A DNA stretch of 64,000 nt from Eledone cirrhosa (Eukaryota), in assembly GCA_964016885.1 (NCBI GenBank), contig OZ024743.1, positions 85,374,001 through 85,438,000 on the forward strand, given 5' to 3'. Each line of letters begins with the position of its first letter. The first letter of the stretch is position 1. Under the pieces are notes generated by a model. The model ran no database searches. It saw only the letters and a list, made by a program, of their open reading frames with translations, and had not been told where the DNA came from. Both the position numbers and the translations under genes were made by a program. This document shows, in pieces, positions 62,662 through 64,000 of the stretch.

Positions 62662-64000
62662 GTATGTACTGTAGTGTCTATGGTGGTAGTTGTGGTGTTG
62701 TATGTACTGTAGTGTCTATGTTGGTAGTTGCGGTGTTGTATGTAATGTAGTGTCTATGTTGGTGGTTGTGGTGTTGTATGTACGTTAGTGTCTATGTTGG
62801 TAGTTGTGGTGTTGTAAGTACTGTAGTGTCTATGTTGGTAGTTGTGGTGTTGTATGTACTGTAGTGTCTATGTTGGTAGTTGTGGTGTTGTATGTACTGT
62901 AGTGTCTATGTTGGTAGTTGTGGTGTCTCATGTACTGTAGTGTCTATGTTGGTAGGTGTGATGTCTCATGTACTGTAGTGTCTATGTTGGTAGTTGTGGT
63001 GTTTTATGTACTGTAGTGTCTATGGTGGTAGTTGTGGTGTTGTATGTACTGTAGTGTCTATGTTGGTAGTTGTGGTCTTGTAGTGTCTATGTTCGTAGTT
63101 GTGGTGTTGTATGTACTGTAGTGTCTATGTTGGTAGTTGTGGTGTTGTATGTACTGTAGTGTCTATGTTGGTAGTTGTGGTGTTGTACGTACTGTTGTGT
63201 CTATGATCGTAGTTGTGGTGTTGTACGTACTGTTGTGTGTATGTAGGTAGGTGTAGTGTTGTATGTACTGTAGTTTCTATGTTGGTAGTTGTGGTGTTTT
63301 ATGTACTGTGGTATCTATGTTGGTAGTTGTGGTGTTGTACGTACTGTTGTGTCTATGTTGGTGGTTGTGGTGTTGTATGTACTGCAGTGTGTATGTTGGT
63401 AGTTGTGGTGTTGTATGTAATGTTGTGTCTATGGTGGTAGTTGTGGAGTTGTATGTACTGTAGTGTCTATGTTGGTAGCTGTGGTGTTGTAGTACTGTAG
63501 TGTCTATGTTGGTAGTTGTGGTGTTGCACGTACTGTTGTGTCTATGTTGGTAGTTGTGCTGTTGTAGGTACTGTACTGTCCATGTTGGTAGTTGTTGTGT
63601 TGTATGTACTGTAGTGTCTATATTGCTAGTTGTGGTGTTGTATGTACTGTAGTGTCTATGTTGGTAGTTGTGGTGTTGTATGTACTGTAGAGTCTATGTT
63701 GGTAGTTGTCGTGTTATACATACTGTAGTGTCTATGTTGGTAGTTGTGGTGTTGTATGTAATGTAGTGTCTATGTTGGTGGTTGTGGTGTTGTACGTACT
63801 GCTGTGTCTATGTTGGTAGTTGTGGTGTTGTACGTACTATTGTGTGTATGTAGGTAGGTGTGGTGGTGTATGTACTTTAGTGTCTATGTTGGTAGTTGTG
63901 GTGTTTTATGTACTGTACTCTCTATGTTAGTAGTTGTGGTGTTGTATGTAATGTAGTGTCTGTATTGGTAGTTGTGGTGTTGTATGTACTGTAGTGTCTA

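Larger units (their letters stand above)
34367..64000. repeat. 38-bp satellite array (tgtagtgtctatgttggtagttgtggtgttgtatgtac), roughly 730 monomers, runs off the window
   Basis: Continuous tandem array with two insertions and recurrent variant blocks. Monomer count estimated from length/38. Confidence 0.99.

Noticed and set aside
34819-63463. Repeated Cys/Val-rich 60-96-aa ORFs in the satellite
   Set aside because: These are translations of satellite variants that happen to lack stops. No splice or coding signal.
34367-64000. CRISPR-like or RT-associated array (repeats surrounding an RT ORF)
   Set aside because: Units are head-to-tail with no unique spacers and no cas genes. The RT is an ordinary 5'-truncated LINE with a sibling at 19-22 kb.
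34367-64000. Telomeric or telomerase-made repeat
   Set aside because: TG-rich but not a TTAGGG array, has higher-order blocks typical of recombination, and the gene appears to continue beyond it.

Overview
Eukaryotic, AT-rich, repeat-dense genomic DNA. The SINE/RTE families and the (CAT)n/(TA)n microsatellites suggest an octopus or other cephalopod; this is an inference. The only host gene I can reconstruct is a minus-strand HECTD3-like E3 ubiquitin ligase. Seven GT-AG exons (31987-31827, 16834-16603, 13115-13000, 10543-10430, 4769-4687, 2759-2594, 998-917) splice in perfect phase into the N-terminal region plus the DOC/APC10 domain. The start exon and the HECT-domain exons lie outside the window. 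The introns hold a decayed Gypsy LTR element (LTRs, TSD, PBS, PPT), CR1/L2-type and RTE LINEs (several nested), non-autonomous Helitrons, a mariner remnant, MITEs, SINEs and minisatellites. The right-hand ~29.6 kb is a 38-bp TG-rich satellite with higher-order structure, probably intronic. It is interrupted by a 5'-truncated LINE with an open RT frame and by a solo LTR. I cannot support a wholly new biological system. The best leads are a PHD finger inside the RTE reverse transcriptase, the satellite-filled giant intron, non-canonical LTR ends, a 59-bp mini-Helitron, and RTE-derived inverted repeats.
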